A stretch of DNA of 61,344 nucleotides, the filler included. It is 13 parts of 13 records of this genome, joined end to end, with 100 filler letters (N's around TTAATTAATTAA, not from the genome) between each part and the next. Parts side by side here need not be neighbours in the genome. Positions count along the whole stretch, not along the records: positions 10,046 to 13,294 come from SRR7504441_15100; positions 13,395 to 16,677 come from SRR7504441_15107; positions 16,778 to 23,318 come from SRR7504441_15109; 10 more parts are not named here. The stretch is one strand, 5' to 3'. Made by a program: the position numbers and the translations under genes. This document shows positions 10,242-21,687 of the stretch, piece after piece. The first letter of the stretch is position 1. The number at the start of each line of letters is the position of its first letter. The notes below the pieces were generated by a model. It did no database searches. It saw only the letters and a list, made by a program, of their open reading frames with translations, and was not told the origin of the DNA.

Positions 10242-12796
10242 TTAGCAGCGGCTTCGAAGTTTCACATCAAGGGCTCGCAAGTCCCCCACATGTGGTAACA
10301 ATGGACGGTCCAGTGCTAGGCACTGCGTGGAACTGCGTGGAATGTGATGCTAGACTGAGCTGGTCAGCCCGGGCATCATAAGGGGAGAGCTCACACAAGT
10401 CTCAAAGAACGTCTGCAACACAGCCCATCAGCATGCAGCACTGAGCAGCACTGAGCAGCAGCCCACCTGCAGCGTTCCGGGTGAAGGCGTCTGTGAGACT
10501 TTCTGCTCAGTGGGCTTCACGTGTGCTGGGAACGGAGGTGCTGGTGGAGGTGGACCAGGAGTCTGTTGGCCAGCCCCGAGTCCGTTGAGCAGGAGCATCG
10601 TGTCGGGCGACGGTGCGCTGAATGGTGAGTTACGACCTGTCACAAGTCTCAAAGCTCCTGATTGGCCCTAGGGAGCGGACCTCCGCTCTGTTGCATGGAC
10701 TGCTGCAGCTTGGTGGGCATAATGTTGTTGTTTGCCATGTTGGCAGCGACTGTCATTGGACTCAGGTTGACGATACCGGATGGAGAACTGTCCTGCAACT
10801 GCCAACGCATAGCTCAGGCTGAGCTCACCAGCAAGCCTCACCCCTGCTACTGGCATGCCGCCCTGCAGGCCGTTCATCAGCACCCGAGGCCGGGTGGGCG
10901 TCTTGAGCGACGGGTCAGTCCTCTGGATGTGCGGCAGGGGGCGCGGCGGCAGTCCGATATCCTTGGACTCAATTTTTGGAGGAGAGTTGGTCATGAGCCC
11001 TTCGATGCTTCTGGGTCCGTCTGTGGTCTCCCCTTGAAAGAAGCTGGGTGGCACGCTGGGCAGCAGGGCTGGGCTGACCCGGAACTTGGGAGTGCCATGT
11101 GGCATCTCGAAGAGCGGGTCCGAGTTGTGCTGGGACACTTTGCTCTCACCTGCTGGCTGTAGGAATTCACCAATGTTGTCCGCAATCGATTTCTCGGCCT
11201 TTTCAAGGCTTTCGATGGATGACCGCCCGGAGCTGCCTAGCGTGCCATTGCTGCCCTCCGAGCCCTGCTTCTGCCGCTTCTCCAGGATGCTGGTGGGTGA
11301 GAGAAACCGGCTGCCGCTGGCAGGGTTCCCATCGACACGCTCAGGTTTGCCGTTGGCATCCAGCCTGACATTGGGTGAGTCAAACAGTGTCGAGGGCGAG
11401 AACATCTTGGAATGCTCATCAACCACGCCACCGACACTGCCGCCGCTGTTGCCGAGCTGTCGGTCAGCTGAGCTGGGTTTCTCGGTCGGAGCAAGCATCG
11501 ACTTGCCTTCAGATGGAGGCATCGGTGCCTGGATGGCAGGGCTGGAGAGATTGTCGTTCAACCACTGGCCCATACCGTCTGCTTCGTATCCGAACGCGGA
11601 AGTGAATCCAATCATGCTTCCTGGTGCCCCACCCATCCCAAAAGACATGGGTGAGACTGGGTGAGGTAGTCGATTACCATGGTCCTGAGGCTCCGGCGGG
11701 GCGTTGGCGTTGTTACCACCCCACACAGGGGCTTGGATCCCGGAATAGCCACGGTAGTTGCCAGAACCACCATGTTCTGAGGTCATGTCGCCTTGCTTGC
11801 GTTTGCGAGATCGATACGCTGCAGAAAGTACACTCAGTGTCCAGTTTCAGCCATGGCTTACAGCGTTTGGGTGCAGACTTTTTACAAGCTTTTGCATCGA
11901 GCCCGCCTGGACCGGGCGGCTCAACTCAGGCAGGGAACAAGCGCACCGTGACCCATCAGCGCGTCCGCCGCCATGGCTCCCGCAAGTCCACCCAGGTCAT
12001 CGTTGCCACTCTCGTCTTGCAGCTTTTGCAGCTTGCGTCGCATCGTAGAATTCCAGTGGTTCTTAATCGCGTTGTCTGTCCGGCCTGCATACACACACTG
12101 AGCTTTCCTATAAACACTCAGAAAGGCTCTCTAATTGCTTTGACATAGTGTTGAACAGAGAGAGGAGGAGCGTTTGGCCTTTATGCGCAGTGGTTATAGA
12201 GTTCACCTGGGAGCAGCTTTGCGATTTGAGCCCACTGATTGCCGTAGGTCTTGTGTGCCTCTAGGATGATGCGGTCTTCTTCCGACGTCCAAGGATCCTT
12301 CCGAATGTCGGGGTTGAGATGATTGTGCCACCTATGGCTGCGTCACACTCGCTACAGGCTTCTAGAAGGCACCTCTCACGGCATTGTTTGCCGATCCGGC
12401 CAGGAAGCTGGGCCGCAATCTGAGACCACTTCTTTGGGCCGTAGCGCTGCACGAGTTCGATGACAATTTCATCCTCATCCTTGGACCAAGGTCTTTTGAC
12501 CAGCTCATCCTGGTCCTCTGTATTGGGTTCTCCCTCTGCAGCAGCCTCGGAGCCGGCCTTCGCGCCGCTGTTGCCCTTGGCGGCTGCTCCCTTCGCGCTC
12601 GCCTTCTCCTTGACCGGCTCCTCCTTTTTCTCGCCGTCCGCACATTTGATCAAATCTTCTTCAGGCAAGACCGCACCTCTGCAACACGGGCAGCGGTGAG
12701 TCTCGGGCGCAATGGGCAAGGGGTCAGACGAGGTGGCCGGGTTTGGAGCGCGGGGGGGGCTCCTCACCTGTCGTGTAGCCCCATGTCAAAGTCCAT
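10242..12796 (-). CDS. R2R3 (c-Myb-like) transcription factor with a long low-complexity C-terminus, spliced
   Basis: KRPWSKDEDE...PGRIGKQCRER|WHNHLNPDIRKDPWTSEED...[22 protein letters not shown], with a 41-nt intron inside R|W. Outer exon boundaries are approximate. Confidence 0.88.
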
Positions 12797-13281
12797 GAGT
12801 GAAGCCTCCTCCATCTTGCTGTCGCAGAAGTCTAGGATAGTGGCAGTGTGTCTAGAACTATCAGAACGGAGGGACAATTCCTCGATCAGCAGCAATAGGC
12901 CTGCCGATCCGGTCAGACGCCCCCCCTTGATTCGCCGCGGGCCCTCTACGGCCACCGCATCCTTTCGGCCAACTCGAGGGGGTGCTCGCACCTTGGAGAT
13001 TCGGGGGTCGACGCTGGAAGCTACTGCGCCTACGCTGTCCCTGGATCTAACGCTGTTGGGACACCCCGCCCCGCTTGCACGTGGCCCGGTGGTCAGCACC
13101 CCGCCATCTGTGTCCGCTTGGTGACTGCCATGCGCCCCGAAGCTTTGTCCTGCGCAAATGAGAATTTGCTCACAAAAATGAGGGACCTGACCATGCGTTA
13201 TAACCGCGACTTCCGTTATGAGGACTGCTAAACGCAGTAAACGCAGTACCGGTACGCAGTACACGTACAAGGTAGGGTTTC

Positions 13282-13294
13282 AGATCGGAAGAGC
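13282..13294 (+). other. Illumina adapter remnant AGATCGGAAGAGC at a contig end
   Basis: Exact 13-mer adapter prefix immediately before the spacer. Confidence 0.9.
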
Positions 13295-13508
13295 NNNNNN
13301 NNNNNNNNNNNNNNNNNNNNNNNNNNNNNNNNNNNNNNTTAATTAATTAANNNNNNNNNNNNNNNNNNNNNNNNNNNNNNNNNNNNNNNNNNNNGTACCA
13401 CATCTACAAACAACGGCTCTTGAGATCGATTGCCTTCATGCTGGTCAGGCCCGCTGGCTGCTGCGCTGCTCCTCCGGTTTGAGGAGTCGTTGAGCCGGAG
13501 CAGCTTGG

Positions 13509-14720
13509 ATGGAGCCCCGCAGGGCGGCGGCGGCGCTGCGGCTGCAGTCCCTTTGGAGAGGCTCGCGGGCGAGAGTGCGAGTGGCCCAGATGCTGCAGGG
13601 CCAGATCCTGAATGAAATCAACACAGCGGCCACCTCGGTGCAGAAGGCCTGGCGCGGGCACAGCTCCAGGGGCAAAACCATAACGCGGCTGGAGGCGATG
13701 ATGGAGGAGGAGGTCTCGTGCGCAGCCACAAAAATCCAGAGCTCGTTCCGCGGGCACCACACCCGCCAGGAGTACGGCGACCTGTTGAGCAGCCTGAGCA
13801 ACACCCCGCGCTCGGAGCAGGAGCTGAGCCCGCGGCTGCAGCGCCCCCTGGAGAGTGCGGAGCTGGCCGGGCTCGACTTCCAAACGGCGGACGCCACTGA
13901 CCTGAAGGACAAGCTAATCCAGATCCAATCCCGGGCGAGCACCATACAGACCACGATGGACAAGCTTGTCCCGGTGTTCCTGCGAGAGAAGCCCGCCGCC
14001 GCGGCTTCCCACGACTCAGCGCGGCCATTTGCCAGCCCCGTCGAGCACCCCGACCTGACCGGCTTAGTCGTCTCGATCGTGGGGCTTTCGGAGCTGAGCA
14101 TTGAGCTCGTCTCCTGCCTGTGTCGGGCAGGGGTGCAGTCGGTGGCGCTTTTCCACGAGCCGGCTGAGGTGAAAACAGAGGCTGGCAATGACTTATCGCC
14201 ACAAGCCGTCGAGGCGTCTCTCAAAGCCCAGCATCCGAAAGCAAATATCTTAATCAAGTGCAGTGATCTGAGCATGGAGCCGAGGCAACTTATAGAGTCG
14301 GGCCAAACTAGCAACCTTTTTGTCTTGTGCACATCCAGGCTTTCCGACCGCAACGCTGTGGTTGCCGCAGCAGAAGAGTTGGACACCCCTTGGATTCTAG
14401 TTGAAGCACACTTGATTGGAAGTGCCACTCTCAGATTCCAATTCTTTTCCAAAGGTGTTTTGGATGTGTTGGAGCACGATGTAGTGGCTGCACCTATGAT
14501 TCAACACCTGCTCGATCAACAGGTTCAAAGCAGCATCTCGACGCTTGTTCAGACAGTGACTCCGGGTGCAATTGGTGCATTCTCTGCATTTCTGGTGCAC
14601 AGTGTTGTCATGTACTGGTCGGGCAGGGCCGATACCATCGGCTATCTCTGGTATTGCCCGGCATTTAATAAGCTCTCCTCGATACCGCTTCGGGAATTGA
14701 GAGCCTGTCCAACAAGTTGA
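13509..14720 (+). CDS. IQ calmodulin-binding motifs (x3) plus a degenerate ThiF/E1-like domain
   Basis: ALRLQSLWRGSRAR, ATSVQKAWRGHSSR and ATKIQSSFRGHHTR. VVSIVGLSELSIELVSCLCRAGVQSVALF resembles the start of the ThiF Rossmann fold but lacks GxGxxG. Confidence 0.65.
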   Translation: MEPRRAAAALRLQSLWRGSRARVRVAQMLQGQILNEINTAATSVQKAWRGHSSRGKTITRLEAMMEEEVSCAATKIQSSFRGHHTRQEYGDLLSSLSNTPRSEQELSPRLQRPLESAELAGLDFQTADATDLKDKLIQIQSRASTIQTTMDKLVPVFLREKPAAAASHDSARPFASPVEHPDLTGLVVSIVGLSELSIELVSCLCRAGVQSVALFHEPAEVKTEAGNDLSPQAVEASLKAQHPKANILIKCSDLSMEPRQLIESGQTSNLFVLCTSRLSDRNAVVAAAEELDTPWILVEAHLIGSATLRFQFFSKGVLDVLEHDVVAAPMIQHLLDQQVQSSISTLVQTVTPGAIGAFSAFLVHSVVMYWSGRADTIGYLWYCPAFNKLSSIPLRELRACPTS

Positions 14721-15138
14721 AACTTGACGCCTACGGGTGTCTCCGTTTGAGTGCCTTGTCAATTTTTTATCACTTTTGATGTACATAATCATGAGGTCTT
14801 GTCACATAATCAATAAATTTGAGAGCCAGCGACGGTGCGTCTAAGTGCGTCTCTACGACCGTTGAAATAAGCTAATAGCTATTGCTGGGTCAAAGATCAA
14901 TTATGCGGTACCTACTGGGTTCATGTACGGGTGCCATGACCGTCACCACTACTTATCAGATTACAAAGTGCAAGTAACTACAATGTTCACACGAGCCGGG
15001 TATAGAGTCCGAGAGTCTAGTAGTGATTGCGAATACAAGCGAGCCCGTAGCTGCACGTGTCCAGAGTAACTATTGATCGCACCATTGCAACCATGAAAAC
15101 TTGGTAGGCCCTAAGCTACAAGACCCCGACCTACAAGT

Positions 15139-15611
15139 TCAGGGCAGTACCAGGCATCTCTCGAGTCAGTTAAAGCAAATTTTGCTCGTTTTGATCTTCT
15201 CGATGACCGTGTCCACTTTGTCCAAGGTTTCTTATCCTGCTGTCAGCCACACCTTTTCAGTTTAATTTTCAGGCAATTTCCGGGAGTCTCTGCCAAAATT
15301 CCAAGCTCCAAAGCTGGCTCTTTTACGGCTTGATGCTGACACGTATGAGGCAACAGTGCAGCTCTTGGACCATTTGTATGAGAACCTTGCTCATGGCGGG
15401 TGCTGCATAAGCGTGCCTCGGCAAGTCACACTCCACATTCAGGTATGTTATCATTGACGACTTTCACTTGAGCTGGCCTCACACACTGTTCTTGCAGGAC
15501 AAAGAGCCCACAAATTGACCGTGTTGGTCGGCGATATCTTGCAACAGTGACATCACCCTTTGATCGAGGACTCACGAGCAGTAGATGCACTGGCAGACCG
15601 GCAGTCTTCTG
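15139..15611 (+). pseudogene. TylF/MycF-family O-methyltransferase, C-terminal half only, probably decayed (missed by the ORF track)
   Basis: Spliced reading YQASLESVKANFARFDLLDDRVHFVQG|NFRESLP...LALLRLDADTYEATVQLLDHLYENLAHGG|YVIIDDFHL, with introns 15227-15272 and 15400-15442. I could not reconstruct an intact 5' half or 3' end. Confidence 0.7.
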
Positions 15612-15866
15612 AGTGTGCATCAATAATTCGTCAATAATTCGCAGGATGACGCGACCATGAATGCACTATTGGCAGCACCCGCCAAGTTACCTCGAGTACG
15701 AGTACAAGTCATACAGTACAATGTACAGTACCACCGGTAAACGAGTAAAAGTCGACGTCACGTTCAAAGCCGGCGGACGATGAATCGATATGTCACGAGC
15801 GCTCGATATCGCGCTACTGCTTGCACCGGTGACGCTCAGCCAGATTGAGATAAGGACAACACGGAT

Positions 15867-16528
15867 TTAATCATTCGAGCATTGCTGCTTGTAAAACTCC
15901 GCCTCTTCTTCAGAAACTATTGCGGATGCCTCCTGCTGCAGCGCCTGGCGGAATGCCTGCCGCCAGCAATCAGTAGCTGCTCAGATGTGGCGATTTGGAC
16001 AGCCAGGCTCATCTGCTGAGCGCCTGCTCGGGGTTGTTGGGCATTCACTTTTAAGCAGTACGGGGTGTTGAGCGAGCGCGCACCTCTAAGCTTGCGAGCT
16101 TGCCGTTCAGCTGCAGCTCCAGCTCGCGGCAAGTGTTGAGCGTCTCTGCCAGCAGCCAGGTGAGAGGCGGGCGCCCGATGCGCCCGGCTCACCGCGCGTG
16201 TGCAGATCCGGATTGATACCCTGATCAATCGCACTGCCAGCCCGGGGGTGACGGGGGCGGGCGCGAATCGGGACCTCAGCACGTCGTCCGGCACCTCCAT
16301 GCAACAGTCGCCGTCAGCCCAGACCTGCTGCAGGTTGCCAGTCAAGTTCTCCCTGCCAATCCCTGTTGAGCAGCCGAGCGTGTTGGTGGGGCACAGGTTG
16401 TCGGCGAGGTTCGCTTTGGTCGAGTCGCTGGCATCGAAGCCCTCGAGGATAATCTCGAGCTTGCGGCAATCCTCCAGCGCCGCATCGATCCCGGACATCA
16501 AGGCCTGGGACGGCACGTTGCTGCTCAT
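15867..16528 (-). CDS. MED10: Mediator subunit 10-like protein, 4 introns
   Basis: Spliced reading ...EVPDDVLSAIDQGINPDLHTRETLNTCRELELQLNGKLASLE|AFRQAL matches the Med10 pattern VPxxV..IDxGxNP..T...GK...F. Confidence 0.78.
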
Positions 16529-16853
16529 CCCTCCTGCGCTGGTCCGCAGCGCCCGGCGGCGCCACCGTGCTGCAGAAGGCAACGGACTAACGACTTTTTT
16601 GCTTCGATTTGCTCGATCAGCTCAGTCAATCGGCGATTGTAGTAGTCACAGTTTGGCTGGCCTCCCGCGCGAGGGAGNNNNNNNNNNNNNNNNNNNNNNN
16701 NNNNNNNNNNNNNNNNNNNNNTTAATTAATTAANNNNNNNNNNNNNNNNNNNNNNNNNNNNNNNNNNNNNNNNNNNNACACGGCGCGCGCGAAAAAACGA
16801 GCGCCCAGAATAATAAATACATGTAAAAGTTTCGTTCTAAATCTTTAGTGGTG

Positions 16854-17933
16854 TTAGCTTGGAGCCTTCGAGGGAATGGCTGCGTCTAAGATTGGGCCCA
16901 AGTACTCTACTAGTTTCATCACCTCTATGGCGTTCTGAATGGTGGCAAGCCCTGGAGGGCATCCGGGTTTCCCATCAAGGGCATGCTTTGCAAACCTCTC
17001 TTTTAGGGAGGCGTACTCCGGATCTTGCTGGTAGAGATGTGAAGCGAGCCCTGGCATTCGACGTTCGAGTTCAGGGATGGCTGCCTGGTGTTCGGCGGTG
17101 GGCATCCGGCCACCGAAGACGCTCTTACATTCAGGTGGCCCCCCAACCAGCTCGATTGTAGAAAAGCTGCCGGCGCACCTGTCCAGCTGCACGCGCAGCT
17201 GCCTGCCTGTATGCTGCCTGATGTTAAACCCGAGCCGCTGGTAGTCGGCCCGCCCATCATCGCCGGTCAGCCGGAGCGAGAACTCGGTGTCGGGCTCGAC
17301 TCGGTCAATGCTCTCGATTGTGAGCGCCCAGAGCGCATTGAGCAGCATCAGCTCGTGGCTGCCCAACACGGCCAGGCATCCGCCCCGGCTGAGCAGCTCG
17401 TCCGGCTCCAGCTGATCGCAGTGCTGCAGTGCGACGTGCAGCGGCTGGCCCGGTCTGCCGAAGCTTCGGCCCGCCTCGAACCGGAGCGCTCGTGACACCG
17501 ATTCGGCGGCGTTCTTGCTGTAACCAACCATCAGCGGCACCCCACGCTCGGCTGCGGCCTGAGCCATCCGCTCGAGCTGCCCCCGGTTGACCGGGCTGGG
17601 CTGCTCCAGGTAGAGGTGACTAACCCCGGCCCGGAGCACCGCCTCGAGCTGCTCGCACGCCTCGGCCGCCCGCGGGACCAGCAGCCCCATCTTGGGGAAC
17701 CGGCCCCGGCGCGGGCTGATCTGGTCCACCGCCGAGAGCACCCGCACCCCGGCCGCGCGCAGCTGGGCCTCGGGCTGGTCGGCGCCGGGCGAGCTGAACC
17801 AGGTTGGCGGCGGGGCGAGCTGGACGAGTTCGACCAGACGGGCCGAGGGGCAGCGCCGGTCGAGCAGCTGGGTCGCGTGGTACCAACCCATCCCGCAGCC
17901 CGGGGCCCCGGCACACACTATCACCACCTCCAT
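16854..17933 (-). CDS. Gfo/Idh/MocA-like NAD(P)-binding oxidoreductase
   Basis: MEVVIVCAGAPGCGMGWYHATQLL Rossmann start, HLYLEQP (EKP-like), LMVGYSKN and SHEL. The ORF-track extension to 18398 is antisense to the kinase. Confidence 0.7.
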   Translation of the reverse strand: MEVVIVCAGAPGCGMGWYHATQLLDRRCPSARLVELVQLAPPPTWFSSPGADQPEAQLRAAGVRVLSAVDQISPRRGRFPKMGLLVPRAAEACEQLEAVLRAGVSHLYLEQPSPVNRGQLERMAQAAAERGVPLMVGYSKNAAESVSRALRFEAGRSFGRPGQPLHVALQHCDQLEPDELLSRGGCLAVLGSHELMLLNALWALTIESIDRVEPDTEFSLRLTGDDGRADYQRLGFNIRQHTGRQLRVQLDRCAGSFSTIELVGGPPECKSVFGGRMPTAEHQAAIPELERRMPGLASHLYQQDPEYASLKERFAKHALDGKPGCPPGLATIQNAIEVMKLVEYLGPILDAAIPSKAPS

Positions 17934-18023
17934 CTTTGCCTCGGGCTCGGGTTCCAGGCAGCCTGCAGTGACTGATTTGGAAGCATTTGCCAGCCAGAAT
18001 GAGAAAAACTTCTGCATGGGGTC

Positions 18024-21000
18024 ATGAGCGCCGACTGCATGCAAGGGGCCCCACAGGCTAGCCGGGCTGTCATGGCAAGCGGGGAGGACCCTCGGGAGGG
18101 CGCCTCGCGCAGCGCCAAGCCCGAGCCACTCGCGCTCAAGGTGCCCCAGCCCTACCTCAGAGACAAGCGCACCGCCAAGCCGGCGCACGAGCCGCAGCAG
18201 CCGGCCTCGCCCGTCTCGCAGGAGCCCAGCGGTAGCACCGATCGACCGGCCGAGCTGCACCGCAGGGAGCGCCCTAAGCTCAAACTGACCACCCGCCGGA
18301 CCGCCAAGCGCGAGAGCTCGCCACCGGATAAAACCTCGCCGGCCGGCTCTCCGGTGCTCAAGCCCAAGCCGACCAACCCATTGGGCAAGTACGGACACGC
18401 GTCGATGCCCCGAGAGCGCCGGGCCCCGGAGTCACCCACGGGCAAGCTCGGTCGCACCGACGAGTTCATCTCGTTCTACTCGCAGGGCTCGCTGGACGAT
18501 TTCATCTCGAGTCAGCCTGAGTACCTCAACTCGCCGCTGGGCAAGCTGCACCCAGAACCGGCCGCCCCGGCGGTCCGGCCAGTCCGGCACCCGCACGATA
18601 GCATCCCGGGCAGTCGGGCCTCGCGCTCGCGAATACACAGGAGCGCGACAATCAGCCGGACTGACAACAGGCGGGCGCACCGGCGGCTCGAGCTGCCTGA
18701 CGACGACCACGAGGCGATGCTCAAGCTCAAGGCCCGGGCCCGGGTGCCGGCCGGGCTCACTGCGCGGGCTGGGCTGCACAGCAGGATCAGAAGCACTGTG
18801 GAGCGCGGGCGGGCTGAGTTGTCGACTGAACCAGAGAGCAACCACGAGCGGCCTTCAGCGCTGCCGGTGGTGAGCGAGGGCGAGGAGGAGCCGGCCACGG
18901 ACGAGAACAAGCAGGAGACGGCGCCGGCCAAGCGGAGGAGCGGCCAGCGCGAAGGGGGGGGGAGTGTGCGGGGACATAGGATCCGCGAGCGGCTGGCAGC
19001 GCGGCGTGGCGAGGCGTTGCTCGAGCTGGTCAGGAGTGGCAAGGAGCTGCCGGTGCTGTTCCAGACTGAGGGAAGCCGGAGCTGCTCGGTCGAGAAGGGC
19101 CGCGACAGGGCGCTCTCTGACGGGTGGCTGGCACACAGACCAGCACGCGAGCTGCCACCAATCATCCCGGCCGCCAGGGAGGGCTGGGCGGCGAGCGGCC
19201 GGTCGGACGGGTTCAAGTGCCCGCTGTGCGGCGAGCTGGTGCTGCTGGCCGGGGAGAGCGAGGCCGAGCAGGCAGAGAGGCTCCGGATGCACATCCAGTC
19301 TGAGTGCCATGCTCAGGCTGCGTTGCCTCCAGACGCGGCACAGCGGCAGCCGGAGCTGTTTGGGGCACGGGTGTCGGCGCTGGTCAAGCTGCTGATGGCA
19401 GCCGAGCCCGGACTGCAGCTGCGTGCGGCGGGCGAGCTGGCGGGGATGGCAGGGCAGCCAGATCCGGCGCGCACGCTGATGGTTGTGGAGGAGTCTGTGA
19501 TCCTGCCTCTGGTCTACTGCTGCCGGACCAGCGGGACCAAGGTGCGGGTGGAGGCGCTGCTCGCGCTGGCCCGGCTGTCCGAGCTGCCAGAGGGCCGGCT
19601 GCGGGTGGCGCGCTGCCTCTCGTTTTCCACGCTGCACAGAATGCTTGAGGAGACGTCGGCCCCGCAAGAGCTCCGGCTGGCGGCAGCTGAGTTGCTCAAC
19701 TGGCTGCTGCTCCAGGACGATGGGATCCGAGTCAAGCTGGCCCGCGAGGGCGGGGCTGAGCTGCTGCTCAGGCTGCACGGCCCGGCGCCACACCCAGCGC
19801 GGCTCTCGATGCTAGTGGCAGGGGGGCTGGTGAGCATCTCGGAGCTGCCGGTACCACAGAGCTGCGACTCGCTGGCGGCGCTCGGGCCACGGCTGCTGCA
19901 GCTGCTCGAACAGCTGGCAGCCGGGGGGGAGCTGCACAGCGCTGGCCTGGTGATGAGGAATGTGTGCTGCAATGACGAGCACAGGCACGTGCCAAGCTTC
20001 AGGCAGGACTGTGTGCCGCTGGTGGCGATGGTGCTGGCAAACAAGGCGGCCGGCCCCGAGACTAAGTGCCTCGGGCTCGAGTGCCTCAATTCGCTAACGG
20101 GGTACGCGCTGCGATCGGTGGATGGGTGGGCCGAGCAGCGCAAGCTGGTCTGTCTGGTGGTTCTCTGCGCCACAGACAAGCATAAGGGGGTGGCTGAACT
20201 AGCCTGGCCGCTGCTGGTGGTGATCACGGCTGGGCCGGTGGTGGCTGGCAAGGCGGTTGAGGCTGGGGTGGTGCCGGCGGTGCTCGAGGTGCTGGTGCAC
20301 GACAGGGCCGGGCTTGACCGTGAGAGCATGGTGATGGCGGTCACCTGCTTAGCCAACCTGGCCTCCCAACCCGGTCTGCGCTCGGCCGTCATCCCGGTGA
20401 TCCCGGCCCTTCGACCACTGGCGCTTGGCGGCTGCTCTGTGAGTGCGGAGGTGGCCGGGCTGCTTGACGGCTTCTCGAGCAGCGAGCGGTTTGAGCAGCA
20501 GCCAGCTGTCGAGGCCGACCTCGACATTATGTCGCTGATGGGCGACGAGCCAGGCGAAAGCAGCTCAGGCAGCAGCGCCCCGGGGCCCAGCCTGGCACAG
20601 CTGGCCCCGCGGTCCGAGTGGGAACTCTCACTCGGCCAGCTCGAGTTTAAGAACCTGGTTGGGGCCGGCTCATACGCTGAGGTGTACAGCGGGAGGCTGG
20701 CAGAGCGGGAGGTGGCAATCAAGCGGTTCCGGACCAAGCACATGTCGGCGGTGGAGCACCGGCAGTTCCTGAACGAGGTGCACATGCTCGCGGCGCTTGA
20801 ACACACCAACGTGCTCGGGTTTGTGGGCGCCGTGGCAGTCGAGCCGCACTTTTGCATCGTAACTGAGTTCGTGAGCCCTGGGTCGCTCCAGGTGCCGGCC
20901 GTGGCCTTCAGGCACTGAGCGATTGGCAGGTGATTCTACGGCACAGCCACAAGTTTGTGCTGCCCTGGTGGCGGCGGGTGAGAATGGCAGCGGACGTGGC

Positions 21001-21520
21001 GAGTGGGATGAGCTACCTGCATTCGTTTGAGCCGCCAATCATCCACCGGGACCTCAAGCCGTCGAACCTGCTGATCTCTAGCGACTGGCGGCTGCAGGTG
21101 TGTGACTTTGGCACCTCGCGCCAGGTGGTCCCAACCGGCACCATGTCGGTCTGCGGCACCCCGGTCTACATGGCCCCGGAGGTGCTCCGCGGCGAGCGGT
21201 ACGACCAGCAGGCCGACCTGTACTCGTTTGGGATTGTGCTCTGGGAGCTGCTCACCAGGCAGACCCCCTTCCATGGGATAATCCCGGTGGTGGCCGGGAT
21301 GAAGATCGCATACGAAGCCGCACGGCCCGAGCTGCCCGCATGCTCAGCCGACCAGCTGGGCGAGCGGGAGTACACCGAGCTGTTGGTCGAGTGCTGGGCC
21401 CAGTCTGCCACCGAGCGGCCCAGGTTTGAGCAAGTGCTCCCGCGGTTGGCCAAGCTGAACAGCGAGCTGGCCGGAGACACGAGTGGACCCGAGAAGCTAG
21501 AGGAGCAGCCGGCTGACTGA
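18024..21520 (+). CDS. TKL (Raf/MLK-like) protein kinase with a disordered N-terminus, a small Zn finger and ARM repeats
   Basis: GAGSYAEVY, VAIK, IIHRDLKPSN, DFG, GTPVYMAPE and DLYSFGIVLWE. One 38-nt intron at 20892-20929. CPLC...H...C knuckle and Leu/Ala-rich helical repeats upstream. Confidence 0.9.
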
Positions 21521-21687
21521 TCATGTGTCTCATTGATAACGTAACTTGACCCCGACTGTGTGAAGGCACTTGAGAGATCAATCATCGATGTCCTCTAAAA
21601 TTTTATCGCTGTAAATAGACGAAATTGTTTTCCTTGAAATTAGCAATCTAAAAAATGTTTTCCATGGCTGCGCGCGCTAACTAATTT

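Noticed and set aside
13282-13294. AGATCGGAAGAGC at a contig end
   Set aside because: Sequencing adapter, not genomic.
19514-20857. Long antisense ORFs (e.g. 447 aa here, 335 aa at 13445-14452, and the 5' extension of 16854..18398)
   Set aside because: They mirror real genes on the other strand. High GC and codon bias suppress antisense stops, and the translations lack motifs.
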